IMG/VR virus record: IMGVR_UViG_3300042350_002797
Coordinates: 62,001 to 126,000 of that record
Strand: one strand, 5' to 3'
DNA: 64,000 nt
The position numbers and the translations under genes were made by a program. Shown here one piece after another: positions 10,502-20,396 of the stretch. The notes below the pieces were generated by a model that was given only the letters and a program-made list of their open reading frames with translations, ran no database searches and was not told the origin of the DNA. How positions within the stretch are numbered: position 1 is the stretch's first letter; each line of letters begins with the position of its first letter.

Positions 10502-10856
10502 TACCAGTTGGATAGGTATATGATTGATTAATTCTTACTACAAGTTCTCCGTTATCGTTTACATAATATAATAAACTTCTGTTATCCCAGCGATATTGTT
10601 CGTATTTTAAATTTTCAAATACTATTTCGTGATTAGCATTGCGGCCTTCATAAAAATCAATTCCTACTTCAAAATCATTATAATTGTCTTCTGCATCTCC
10701 AGGAACATTAATTTCAATTTGATCATTTTGATCTAACTGATTCACTCTTACAAAATAAAGCTGCCCTTGATCTGTTCTTCTTATTCCGTAAAAATATTTA
10801 GGTGCTGTACCTATAATTGCTTCTTGATCACTGCCAAAAAAGTAGTTACTTGCCAT
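10497..10856 (-). CDS. Hypothetical virion-cluster protein (119 aa)
   Basis: Full ORF, co-oriented with and tightly packed among its neighbours; aromatic and acidic composition. Confidence 0.7.
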   Translation of the reverse strand: MASNYFFGSDQEAIIGTAPKYFYGIRRTDQGQLYFVRVNQLDQNDQIEINVPGDAEDNYNDFEVGIDFYEGRNANHEIVFENLKYEQYRWDNRSLLYYVNDNGELVVRINQSYTYPTGI

Positions 10857-10865
10857 AATTAATCC

Positions 10866-11195
10866 TTATGTTATATCTGCGTAGCTGATTATAATATCTA
10901 AACTTGACTCTGTATTGCTTACTACTCTAAAACTACACGACGGTCCTAAAACTAATTTTTCTCCGTTAGTAATTACTTTTAAGCTAGTATTTGCTGGTAT
11001 AACAATTCCTTTGACAAAATATCCGACTGTACTAGCATCATCTACTACAAAAATATCTACTGTAATAGGATCATTAACTGTATTTGCTAGATTGCAGCCC
11101 ATTAATGTTGCTCTATTAGTTAAGCTAGTTTGTAGAACATCTATAGGAGAAGTACCTATATTATTTGTCACTTGAGTTTTTAAAGTTATTGCCAT
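10866..11195 (-). CDS. Small virion protein, about 110-aa family (paralogue 2 of 3)
   Basis: GCNLAN...VDIFV...IPANTSL...EKLVLG...FRVVS pattern. Confidence 0.65.
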   Translation of the reverse strand: MAITLKTQVTNNIGTSPIDVLQTSLTNRATLMGCNLANTVNDPITVDIFVVDDASTVGYFVKGIVIPANTSLKVITNGEKLVLGPSCSFRVVSNTESSLDIIISYADIT

Positions 11196-11198
11196 ATT

Positions 11199-14100
11199 TT
11201 ATCCAAAAATTAATGCAGAAGCTAATGCGATATCTTCTGCAATAGATAAAGTAATACCTGATCCAGTACCTGCTACTGATACCCATGCAGTACCGTTATA
11301 AATCTCAGTTAAGTTATTATCTGTATTATATCTCATCATTCCTGTTTGAGGAGATAATGGTCGTTGTCCATCCGTTCCTGTTGGAATGACAAACGCATTT
11401 GTTCCAACAATATGGTAGTATCCTGTTCCGGTAGATCTAAATTCTGTAACTGCATCTGTTACAGTGTTTAAAATTATATTATTTCCAAATTTAAAATTAT
11501 CAAAAACAACTGTGCCTGTACCGTTAGGTAATAATTCTAAATCAGTATTCGTTGTTGTAGTTCTAATAACGTTTCCGTCAATTTCGGTACTGTCTACTAC
11601 TAGTTTATTAACATTAAAATTATTAGCATCCAATGTTGCAGATAAACTTCCTCCTGCATAAAAATACAATGTGTTTTCATTCGCTCCTGGACTTGTCTCG
11701 GCAAGAATATATGTGTCGTTGTCAACATCAAATACTCCTCCAATTCTTATCCAATACGATCCATTATATCCTTCATAATAATTTGTATCGCTATTAAATC
11801 TTATCATACCAGACGACGGTATAGCTGGTCGTTGTAATTCAGTTCCTACTGGAATTTTAACTGCCTGATTTGAATTAATATTAACAATACCAGTACCTGA
11901 TGGCGTTAGGTTTATATCTTGGGCCACGGTTCCTATAATACTACTACTGTTAAACTGTAAATTTTCAGCAACAACATATCCAGATCCATTTGCTCTTAAT
12001 TCTAAATTACTATTAGATTGTGTAGTAGTAATCACATTCCCAGATATTAAAATATCGCCTGTACTTAATGTTGACGATATTATACTGGTAGTTACTAAAT
12101 TATTAACGTTGAGATTGCCAGTAACAGTCGCATTGTACAGGCTAGTAGTTCCTGATGTAACATTCAAATCTTGACCAACAATTAGATTATTATTAGGAAT
12201 TGATATATTACCTGTTCCGTTAGCAGAAAGTTCTAAATCTGCATTACTAACCGTTGTTTGAATTACATTTCCGCTTATAGAAATTTGATCTGAAAAATAA
12301 TTAGAAAGATATACATTATTCCAACTAAGACTGGAACTGCCTAAATCATATACACTATTGGTATTAGGTATCAAATTACTAGCAATTTTTGCATTTATAG
12401 TTAGAGTATTAGTATTATTGGTACCTAGGATAGTATTTCCATTAACGGTTACATTGACTACGTCTAAATCTCCTGCAATACTTACATCGTCTGCACTTGT
12501 AACTGTACCGTTAGCTGCTTGTAGGGTAATTCCTCCAGTAGTGCTTTCGATAGTGTTACCGCTAATTCTAATATTACCAGTTTCAACTTTTGTAGGAGTA
12601 ATTTCGGTAGTGTTTATTCCATCTGTAAAAACTACGCCAGACGGACTAGCAATTGTAATATTACTATTTGTAAAAGTTACATTTCCTGTTTGTTGATCGA
12701 CTAAAAAGTAGTCGCCGACTCTAAAATCTCCTTGTGCATCAACGCTGGTATAATACAACCTTGCTCTGTTTAACTCTACAACTTCATTCGCTTGAACTAC
12801 GCTTAACGGATCATTGTCACTAAATCTTCCTGCACCAATATATGCAAAATTAGATCCAATAAAATATCCTATAATTCCTTCACCGTCACCATATGCCCCG
12901 TAGTTACCGTACACACATGCACTAGCAATACTACGAATTTCTGCTCCAAAATCGCTGTAGTCTGCCCATGACAAATGACTAGCAGTTTGCCCGCCGCTAA
13001 AAGTAATAATTTGTTGATTACTAGTGTCTGGTACAGCTAAACTTTCTTCGAATCCTGATACTTTTCCATCTATTACGATGTTAGTATAAGGAGCACTATA
13101 TGTAAAACTCTCAATAGTTCCAGTAGTATATGTTGCAGGATTTGCACTAACATTTTCAACTGTGATAGTATCGCCCACATTAAGAGTCTGCGCACTGATA
13201 CCGTAAACTTTTAATCTGGTTTTGCCGTCACCTGCAAACCCAGTGCTTCCACTTACTGCATACAATCCTTTGTCTGCAAAATATGTAAAACAGTTTAACC
13301 ATTCAACTCTGACGCCGTTGGTCATTGTTACTGCATCGACACCAGGTGTAATAAAAGTTACGCTATGAAACAGCATACTTGCTTCACGACTAGACGCATT
13401 GACAATACTTCCGTCAATATATGCACCTTTACCTGCATCGCCTGCTAAAAATCCTCTAGGATCATTTGGAGGATTAGTTGCTAACCTCACTGTAGATCCT
13501 GCTGTAATAACTGTAATATTTCGTATGTAAGGACTGCGTGTAGTTACTGTCATCCCTGGAGCAAATCTAAAGGCATAACCAGTATTAGTTCCTACATCGT
13601 ACTCAAATCCTGTAATAGTAAGGTCTTCTACAGTAGTTTCACCGTTCAAAAGAAAAATATCTACTGTAACATCGCTATCAGGTTCAATAGTAACTGAGCG
13701 TATTCCGGCACCTTTAACTGTTACTCCTGTTGGTACAGTCAAAGGCAATGTTTCAGAGTATGTGCCTGGATAGATATAAACAGTATCACCGGCTGTAGCT
13801 AAATCTAATGCTCTGCCTATACTTGATAAAGGATCATTTTGATGAGTTCCTGAATTGCCGTCGTCGCCGTTAGTAGCAACATAAAAAATATTTCCTTGTT
13901 GAAGTGCAATATCAATTCCTGATACAGTTAATGCTCCTGTAGATACAGTTGATGCATGTAGTGTATTAACCCATACATCGTTCCATCTTTTTGTACTAGA
14001 ACCTAATTGGTAAGTGTCAGTAACGTCAGGAATTATATTACTGTTGATATCTGCATTAAATGTTATCGAATCAGTATCTTGATCACCTAAGGTTAAATTA

Positions 14101-14564
14101 CCGTCGGCAGTTATTGTACCGGTAGCATGTAAATCACCAAATACTTCAACATCAGCATTTAAGTTTATTTTTCCGGTACCAGATGTTATTAAGTCTAAAT
14201 CAGCATTAGTATTCACTGTGGAAATACTGTTGCCTTCTATTTGTATTGTATTATCAAAAATTGTTTTATTCTGATATAATACAAAATTACCTGCTGCTGG
14301 TGCTAAGTTTAGTATTCCTGAACTGCTATAAATGCTGTTACCGCTTATAGTGATATCATCAATAATCGCTGATCCGGTAACTTCTAAATCTGTAGATCGT
14401 AAAGTACCGTTAACTGTTAAATCGTGAGTAGGACTAGCAGTCCTAATTCCTACTCTGCTATTATTAACATCAAGATATACTAGATTCGTTTCAAAAGCTA
14501 AATCTACACCATCTCGTAGTAGATTTTCTTTTAATAACGGCCCAGAAATTTTACCTACAGCCAT
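11199..14564 (-). CDS. 1121-aa fibre-like virion structural protein
   Basis: Repeated ISGN.I.T..SN..LEL.ANG.G units, FYVA..G.D.N.G motif, two C-terminal IP.GT..QRP...GM.R.N repeats; paralogue of 14593-17688. Confidence 0.7.
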   Translation of the reverse strand: MAVGKISGPLLKENLLRDGVDLAFETNLVYLDVNNSRVGIRTASPTHDLTVNGTLRSTDLEVTGSAIIDDITISGNSIYSSSGILNLAPAAGNFVLYQNKTIFDNTIQIEGNSISTVNTNADLDLITSGTGKINLNADVEVFGDLHATGTITADGNLTLGDQDTDSITFNADINSNIIPDVTDTYQLGSSTKRWNDVWVNTLHASTVSTGALTVSGIDIALQQGNIFYVATNGDDGNSGTHQNDPLSSIGRALDLATAGDTVYIYPGTYSETLPLTVPTGVTVKGAGIRSVTIEPDSDVTVDIFLLNGETTVEDLTITGFEYDVGTNTGYAFRFAPGMTVTTRSPYIRNITVITAGSTVRLATNPPNDPRGFLAGDAGKGAYIDGSIVNASSREASMLFHSVTFITPGVDAVTMTNGVRVEWLNCFTYFADKGLYAVSGSTGFAGDGKTRLKVYGISAQTLNVGDTITVENVSANPATYTTGTIESFTYSAPYTNIVIDGKVSGFEESLAVPDTSNQQIITFSGGQTASHLSWADYSDFGAEIRSIASACVYGNYGAYGDGEGIIGYFIGSNFAYIGAGRFSDNDPLSVVQANEVVELNRARLYYTSVDAQGDFRVGDYFLVDQQTGNVTFTNSNITIASPSGVVFTDGINTTEITPTKVETGNIRISGNTIESTTGGITLQAANGTVTSADDVSIAGDLDVVNVTVNGNTILGTNNTNTLTINAKIASNLIPNTNSVYDLGSSSLSWNNVYLSNYFSDQISISGNVIQTTVSNADLELSANGTGNISIPNNNLIVGQDLNVTSGTTSLYNATVTGNLNVNNLVTTSIISSTLSTGDILISGNVITTTQSNSNLELRANGSGYVVAENLQFNSSSIIGTVAQDINLTPSGTGIVNINSNQAVKIPVGTELQRPAIPSSGMIRFNSDTNYYEGYNGSYWIRIGGVFDVDNDTYILAETSPGANENTLYFYAGGSLSATLDANNFNVNKLVVDSTEIDGNVIRTTTTNTDLELLPNGTGTVVFDNFKFGNNIILNTVTDAVTEFRSTGTGYYHIVGTNAFVIPTGTDGQRPLSPQTGMMRYNTDNNLTEIYNGTAWVSVAGTGSGITLSIAEDIALASALIFG

Positions 14565-14583
14565 TGATTTTCACCGTTTTAAG

Positions 14584-14591
14584 TATTTATT
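14584..14591 (-). promoter_or_regulatory. Late promoter (AATAAATA)
   Basis: Intergenic, 20 nt upstream of ATG 14564. Confidence 0.65.
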
Positions 14592-14592
14592 G

Positions 14593-17500
14593 TTAGCCAA
14601 AAATTAAAGCATAGGTGTCGCTTAAATCTTCCATAACAAGGCTTGAAACTACAGGGCCGCCGCCGCTAGCAGGTGCCCACGTTGTACCGTCCCACACTTC
14701 TAAGTAACCTTGGTCAGTATTATACCTAGATGCTCCTGTTGGAACTCCTGCTGGGCGTTCTGCATCTGTACCGTAAGGAATAAGTAACCCTTTACTATCT
14801 GTAAATTTTACATACCCTGCACCGGTACTTCTTATTTCTGTTGTTGCATTATTGACAATATTTGTAACGATGTTTGTAAAAACTGAAAAATTATTCTTTA
14901 AACTTAAAATTCCTGTTCCTGATGTGTTTAATTCAATGTCGGCATTAGTATTAGTGGTTCGTATTACATTATTGTCAATTTCAATTTCATCGATGATTAT
15001 CTTATTAAATTGTGTTTGATTATTATTAAAACTTGCTGATAATATGTTATTATTATAAAAATTTAAAACATTATTATTGCTTCCTGGTGTTGATTCGGCT
15101 GATATAAATGTATTGTTATCAAAGTCTGTTAGTCCAACTAAAGATTTTGTTCCTTCCACAATTTTACCTTCAAATGATAAATTTGAAGAATTAAATCTTA
15201 TTTCTCCGGAGTTGATTAAAGTTCTATTAAGATTACTACCTACAGGTATTCTTAAAGCAGAGTTGTTAGAAATGTTAACAATAAAATTAGTATAAGGAAC
15301 AAAATTTATAGACTTATCTGATTCAGATCCTGTTAGTAATATATTAGAGATAGAAGAATCGACAATTTTTATAGTTTGGTCAAATATTACTCCGCCCAAA
15401 CTATTAGCTCTTAATTCTAATGGACTATTTGACTGTGTAGTAGTAACATAATTTTCTGTAATTAAAATATCACCGTTATAATATTCGTCAATATTATTAA
15501 TCGTAGCTGTAGTGTTACCTAATACATTAGTATTGTTTGATACTGCTACATTAAGAAATGTTGACAACCCATTTACTGATAGGTTTTGAGATATCAATAA
15601 ATCGTTATTAGCTACCAATACTGATCCAGTTCCATTAGCAGCTAATTCTAAATCTGAATTACTTTCTGTGGTTTCTATTAAATTGCCTTGTATATTAATA
15701 TTATCAAAAAGTAATTGACTTGCATATAAATTTTTATAATAAGATAAACTATTACCTAAATTAAAATTAATTGTATTCGGTATTAAATTTGATACAATAT
15801 CTGCTGCGATTTGTGTCGTGTTAAAATTACTACCTAAACTTATATTGCCTGAAGAGTCTACGTCTCCTGTTACTAATATATTTGCATTTATATTTAAATT
15901 AGTGTTTATAGTTTGAATATTATTCGCTGCATTAAAATTTAAAGGTCCTATTATACTTTCAATAGTATTTCCAGAAATTCTAATGTTGCCTGTGGATACT
16001 TCTGTTGCATCGATGTAAGTTGTGTTAGTGCCGTCAGTGATATTAATTGATGTATTAGATACTACGCTAGTTTGAAACTCAATGTCTCCTGTCGAGCTAA
16101 CAACTCTAAAAATATCCCCAACTCTAAAATCACCTTTATGATCCATACTTTGGTAATAAATTTTACCGTCGTTTATTCTTACTATCTCATTTGCTTGAAT
16201 TACGTTTGTAGGATCGTTGCTAGTATCTTTGCCGGCTCCTATATAACCAAAATTATGATTAATTAAGTACATTAATACTTCGTCGCCGTCAGCATAAGCT
16301 CCGTAGTTTCCATAAACATTGGCACTACCGATACTTCTAACTTCTGCTCCAAAATCTAAACCTAAGCCTGCAAATCCCGCAGTGCCATTTTCAGCATAAA
16401 GTCCTCTATTTGCATAATAGATAAAACAGTTTAACCATTCAACACGCACGTGATTTTTCATCACTATAGTGTCTGCGGCTGGGCAAATAAATGTTGCGCT
16501 ATGAAATAACATGCTAGCTTCTACGCTTGTAGAAATTGCCATTGCTCCATCAATCTTCGCTCCGCGGCCGGCATCGCCTTGATCAAACCCTAAAGGATCT
16601 GATCCAGAAATTACACTGCCTTTGGTAATCACAGACACATTTCTAATATACGGACTTCTACTAGTTACATTTAGCGAAGAGTTAAAACTAAACGCATATC
16701 CTTTGTCATTTATATTATCGTAGTAAAAATCTGCAATAGTTAAATCTTCAACAGTTGTTTGACCATTCAATTTAAAAACATCTTCGTATGTACTTGCAGT
16801 ATCTGGTACAATTTTAACATCCCTGATACCGGCTCCTTTGACTGTAACTCCTTCAGGAATAATCAGTGGAAATAATTCTATATAAGTTCCTGGATAAATG
16901 TAAACAGTGTCGCCGCTTGTTGCTTGTGCTAATGCATATTCGATCGTAGAAAAAGGACCATTAGGATGATCACCTACATTGCTGTTATTACCATTAGCAG
17001 AAACATACCAAATGTTTCCTGCACGTAATGATAGATCGATACCATTAACTATTGCGCCGCCAGAAACGTAGTTAGTTCCATTCACTAAATTTGTATGTAA
17101 ATCACTCCATACATTTGAATTGGATCCTAGAGTGTAAGTATCAGTTGAATCTGGAATAATATTACCAAGAATGTCTGCATTTATTGTAACATTGTCAGTA
17201 TTATCTGAACCAAATATTATCGAGCCGTCAAATGTTATATTTCCTGTGGCATGTAAATTACCAAAAACTTCAGTATTGTTTTTTAAATTTATCGATCCAG
17301 TGCCTGACGTAAAAATGTCAATGTTTTCATTAGATCGTAAACTAGATATTCCTAACGAACTTATTTCTATTCCGTCAACTTGAAATGTTTTAGTCGTTAT
17401 TCTTGGAGATGATCCTGTAGCATAGAAAACAATGTTGTTGGTACTAGTAATAGTACTGTTATTAAATTCTAGATCGCCTATTGTTGTAGGATTGTCAACA

Positions 17501-17688
17501 AGCAGATCATTGGAAGATATCGCAGAATTGACATACAAAGTTCTTAACGGTGTATCAGAATTTATTCCAATTCTGTTTGAATTGACATTAAGATATAATA
17601 GATCAGTTTCAAAGGCAAGATCGATGCCTTGTCTAACTAAATTTGATTCTAATACTTGCCCAGAAATTTTACCTACTGTATTAGTCAT
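14593..17688 (-). CDS. 1031-aa fibre-like virion structural protein, paralogue of 11199-14564
   Basis: Shared N-terminus VGKISG..L..NL.R.G.DLAFET.L.YL.VN, GAE.RSI.SA.VYGNYG block and C-terminal ALIFG. Confidence 0.7.
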   Translation of the reverse strand: MTNTVGKISGQVLESNLVRQGIDLAFETDLLYLNVNSNRIGINSDTPLRTLYVNSAISSNDLLVDNPTTIGDLEFNNSTITSTNNIVFYATGSSPRITTKTFQVDGIEISSLGISSLRSNENIDIFTSGTGSINLKNNTEVFGNLHATGNITFDGSIIFGSDNTDNVTINADILGNIIPDSTDTYTLGSNSNVWSDLHTNLVNGTNYVSGGAIVNGIDLSLRAGNIWYVSANGNNSNVGDHPNGPFSTIEYALAQATSGDTVYIYPGTYIELFPLIIPEGVTVKGAGIRDVKIVPDTASTYEDVFKLNGQTTVEDLTIADFYYDNINDKGYAFSFNSSLNVTSRSPYIRNVSVITKGSVISGSDPLGFDQGDAGRGAKIDGAMAISTSVEASMLFHSATFICPAADTIVMKNHVRVEWLNCFIYYANRGLYAENGTAGFAGLGLDFGAEVRSIGSANVYGNYGAYADGDEVLMYLINHNFGYIGAGKDTSNDPTNVIQANEIVRINDGKIYYQSMDHKGDFRVGDIFRVVSSTGDIEFQTSVVSNTSINITDGTNTTYIDATEVSTGNIRISGNTIESIIGPLNFNAANNIQTINTNLNINANILVTGDVDSSGNISLGSNFNTTQIAADIVSNLIPNTINFNLGNSLSYYKNLYASQLLFDNINIQGNLIETTESNSDLELAANGTGSVLVANNDLLISQNLSVNGLSTFLNVAVSNNTNVLGNTTATINNIDEYYNGDILITENYVTTTQSNSPLELRANSLGGVIFDQTIKIVDSSISNILLTGSESDKSINFVPYTNFIVNISNNSALRIPVGSNLNRTLINSGEIRFNSSNLSFEGKIVEGTKSLVGLTDFDNNTFISAESTPGSNNNVLNFYNNNILSASFNNNQTQFNKIIIDEIEIDNNVIRTTNTNADIELNTSGTGILSLKNNFSVFTNIVTNIVNNATTEIRSTGAGYVKFTDSKGLLIPYGTDAERPAGVPTGASRYNTDQGYLEVWDGTTWAPASGGGPVVSSLVMEDLSDTYALIFG

Positions 17689-17704
17689 GCCTGCTCCAAT
17701 ACAG

Positions 17705-17712
17705 TATTTATT
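17705..17712 (-). promoter_or_regulatory. Late promoter (AATAAATA)
   Basis: Intergenic, 17 nt upstream of ATG 17688. Confidence 0.65.
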
Positions 17713-17719
17713 GGTTCAA

Positions 17720-18289
17720 TTATTTGTCGAAACCGTAGAGCACGTAAACAGGTTTGTTGGCAGGCACAGCAGTTCCAAACAATAAGTAAGTTCCTGTCGC
17801 CCAAGGATTTCCAGGATTTTTAGTGTCATTACCTGGAGGATTTTGTACTAAAGTGTAATTATCTATAGGGATTTGAAAAACGTTTTCCACGAGCACTATT
17901 ATGTTTTTAGCTGCTTGAGTAGCGTTCCATGTAACACCGCTTTGAAAATTGTAGGCCAATGGGTCTGGACTTAATGGTCCAAAATAAACTGTTGAACCGT
18001 CTCCGATGCCTACATCTTGTTTAGTTATACCTACACTTTCTTTAAATCTAAAACTACGCCATTCGCTGCCTTGATAACCTTCAAATTCGCCTGTAGTCGT
18101 ATTAAATCTAATCATGCCTGGTATATATGCTGGAGCAGTTGTATCAGGACTTCTCTGCGTGGTAGTTCCTTTTGGAACTAGCATAGAGTAGGGTCTGTTT
18201 ACTACAACTTCGCCGCCAATATCAACGTACAGACTAGTGTTGCCTGTTACAGACTTTCTATCTAATATTTGTCTTCTAAGATATTTCAT
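17720..18289 (-). CDS. Virion structural protein (189 aa)
   Basis: VPKGTTTQRSP...GMIRFNTTTGEFEGY motif shared with the C-termini of the two upstream fibre paralogues. Confidence 0.65.
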   Translation of the reverse strand: MKYLRRQILDRKSVTGNTSLYVDIGGEVVVNRPYSMLVPKGTTTQRSPDTTAPAYIPGMIRFNTTTGEFEGYQGSEWRSFRFKESVGITKQDVGIGDGSTVYFGPLSPDPLAYNFQSGVTWNATQAAKNIIVLVENVFQIPIDNYTLVQNPPGNDTKNPGNPWATGTYLLFGTAVPANKPVYVLYGFDK

Positions 18290-18624
18290 TATACGGGAAT
18301 AGCAGAAATAGTTGCTACAAGGTTATAAGGTGCAGGAGTATACATTACCACAGAATCTCCGTTGTCTAAAATCATTTTTTCTGAATCAAATGTAACACTT
18401 TCTCCAGCAGGAATAGGTAATTGATTGACTACTTGGTTTGTTGTGACTACACCTGCACCATTTTTAACAAAATGTACATCTAGATATGTTAATCCTGTAG
18501 TTGGATTTAAAGGATCGTATGTAGCTGTATTACATATCCAAATACAAGTGATTGCATTATTTCCGCTACTTGTATAGACTGTAGTAGGTGATCCGCCAGT
18601 AATTGTTGCACTTTCAATCGCCAT
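18289..18624 (-). CDS. Small virion protein, about 110-aa family (paralogue 3 of 3)
   Basis: TTVYT...IWICN...IPAGESV...EKMILDNGD pattern; TAATG stop/start coupling at 18289. Confidence 0.65.
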   Translation of the reverse strand: MAIESATITGGSPTTVYTSSGNNAITCIWICNTATYDPLNPTTGLTYLDVHFVKNGAGVVTTNQVVNQLPIPAGESVTFDSEKMILDNGDSVVMYTPAPYNLVATISAIPV

Positions 18625-18633
18625 TGTTGTTCC

Positions 18634-19815
18634 TTAAAATATCATTCCAAATAAAATTGCACGTCTTTTACTTACCAATTCGTCATTTCTCGCAGTAGTA
18701 ATATAGAATACACCTGAATCGCCGGCGCCTGAACTAGCATGATAAACAATGTTTTTTGTTGCTGCACTACTGGGCGCGGATCCTTGTATAGCTAATTCTA
18801 AATGTCCATCCAAGCTCACTTTACTATTTGTTGGGTCAAGTATGATTGAACCGCTGGTGCTGCTTAAAGTATTAGTAGCTAAAGTTAAATTTCCTGCTAT
18901 TAATCCTGTTGAATCAATTGTTGCTTTAAGTACGTTATCGACTTTAAAAGTTAATTTACTTACTGCATCGCCTGCTGTAATTGCTTGCGCACCAAATGTT
19001 AAACTAGCACTAATTTGATATGTTCCTGCGCCGCCGCTAGCTGCGATAAATCCTAGAACAGTAGTTCCACCAGGAATTCCGGCGCCGGCAATGAAATCGC
19101 CAACTTTTATGTATCCGGCTGTAACTGATGTCACAGTTAGTGTAGTACCACTACAACTGGCTACACCTTGAAATCTTACAGTATCAAAACCTTGACCTAA
19201 TGTATCACCTGCTCCAAATACTTCTGCAACAAATGAAGCCAACGATGATGCTACATAATCTGACATAGCTTTTGCATTTGGAATTCTATCGTCGTCGATT
19301 ACAGAAACTCCTAGTGCTGGATTTGAAGGGTCTACATAATTTAAAATCTTTTGTTCGTAGTCACCTGTACCTGTTACTGTTACATAACCTGTACTGCCAG
19401 AATTAATTAACCCCAAAACTCCTTGATTAGTATCAATACTGTTTGTTTGAATTCCGGTTAAAGTTCCGTTATCTCTTCTAAAAACCCAAGTGCCTGGTAC
19501 TGTTGTAGCAGTAGTAGGACTATAGTGTGTTTCACTTTCGTCCCACAGAATTTGTGCATCTGCTCCTGATCCTCTATCAACTTGAATTCCTGAAGTTCCT
19601 AGAGTCACCGTTGATCCAGTTTCTCCGCTGTTAAGAACAATAATATTATCTTTAACAGTCATAGTTTCTGACTGTACAGTAGTTGTAGTACCTTGTACTG
19701 TTAGATTACCTGTTACTAGTACAGTTCCTGTACGAACTCCTGTATTAAGAGTTATTGTACCAGAATTTTGTACTACAACTTGGTAATCACCGTTACTGAC
19801 TCTAAGAACTTTCAT
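18634..19815 (-). CDS. Virion structural/fibre protein (393 aa)
   Basis: Gly/Thr-rich beta-repeat sequence (GNLTVQGTTTTV...DNII.LN.GE) typical of phage fibres; ends in AILFGMIF, similar to neighbouring fibre C-termini. Confidence 0.6.
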   Translation of the reverse strand: MKVLRVSNGDYQVVVQNSGTITLNTGVRTGTVLVTGNLTVQGTTTTVQSETMTVKDNIIVLNSGETGSTVTLGTSGIQVDRGSGADAQILWDESETHYSPTTATTVPGTWVFRRDNGTLTGIQTNSIDTNQGVLGLINSGSTGYVTVTGTGDYEQKILNYVDPSNPALGVSVIDDDRIPNAKAMSDYVASSLASFVAEVFGAGDTLGQGFDTVRFQGVASCSGTTLTVTSVTAGYIKVGDFIAGAGIPGGTTVLGFIAASGGAGTYQISASLTFGAQAITAGDAVSKLTFKVDNVLKATIDSTGLIAGNLTLATNTLSSTSGSIILDPTNSKVSLDGHLELAIQGSAPSSAATKNIVYHASSGAGDSGVFYITTARNDELVSKRRAILFGMIF

Positions 19816-19828
19816 CTATAATCCTAAA

Positions 19829-20263
19829 TTAGATAGCAACTAACTGAAGTGTAGTTTCAGTTGAATCGTCTGTTACAGACCATGTATATCTAACGTTATT
19901 GAAATCTCTAGCAGTTCTATTATAGAGTTTTTTAATGTTTACATATTGACCATTTGTTTTTCTTCCTTGGATGGCCATTTCATTAGCTGCTAAAGAGCCT
20001 GCTGCTTTGTTAACTAATGTGCAAACACCAACATTGCCTGTACCTGAGCCAGCAGTAGTACGCTTAGTACCAGTTTTTAGATCATTAACTAAAAATTTAC
20101 TTCCAGACTTTTGACGAATAATATAACCAGATTCAGTTTCTGGGTTACTTGCTACTTGAACATTAATTTTAATGTTGAATAGTGAATCACTGTATGGCAT
20201 TCCTGCTGTGTCGGCAGCATTAGCTAGTCTACCAAAATTTCTTTTATTAATTGGACGTCCCAT
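19829..20263 (-). CDS. Hypothetical late protein (144 aa, starting MGRPINK); start moved from 20311 to 20263
   Basis: AAGGAG Shine-Dalgarno about 7 nt upstream of ATG 20263; the upstream in-frame ATG has no RBS and lies in a structured leader. Confidence 0.7.
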   Translation of the reverse strand: MGRPINKRNFGRLANAADTAGMPYSDSLFNIKINVQVASNPETESGYIIRQKSGSKFLVNDLKTGTKRTTAGSGTGNVGVCTLVNKAAGSLAANEMAIQGRKTNGQYVNIKKLYNRTARDFNNVRYTWSVTDDSTETTLQLVAI

Positions 20264-20328
20264 TTGTTTCTCCTTATGTTGACGTTCTAGGTCTACGCGG
20301 TGGGGCCGCATAAGTCATCTAGACATAG

Positions 20329-20336
20329 TATTTATA
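20329..20336 (-). promoter_or_regulatory. Late promoter TATAAATA
   Basis: Exact consensus just downstream of the capsid terminator. Confidence 0.75.
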
Positions 20337-20368
20337 AAAAACAAAAGGACCCCGAAGAGTCCTTTGTA
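20337..20368 (-). terminator. Rho-independent terminator after the major capsid gene
   Basis: Minus strand reads AAAGGACUC-UUCG-GGGUCCUUUUGUUUUUU: stem, C(UUCG)G tetraloop and U-tract. Confidence 0.85.
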
Positions 20369-20396
20369 TTAAAAACTTTTTTGTAAAAAGTTTTAA

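Noticed and set aside
775-19815. Diversity-generating retroelement target/template repeats in fibre genes
   Set aside because: No reverse transcriptase in the window, and no near-identical 100-150-nt repeat pair differing at adenines was seen; paralogue similarity is old and at protein level
20264-20311. N-terminal extension MRPHRVDLERQHKEKQ of the 160-aa ORF
   Set aside because: The upstream ATG lies in the structured leader with no SD; a strong AAGGAG precedes the internal ATG at 20263
20371-20394. Palindrome AAAACTTTTT-TGT-AAAAAGTTTT after the capsid gene
   Set aside because: Entirely low-complexity A/T apart from one pair; could arise by chance, and the adjacent UUCG terminator already explains the region
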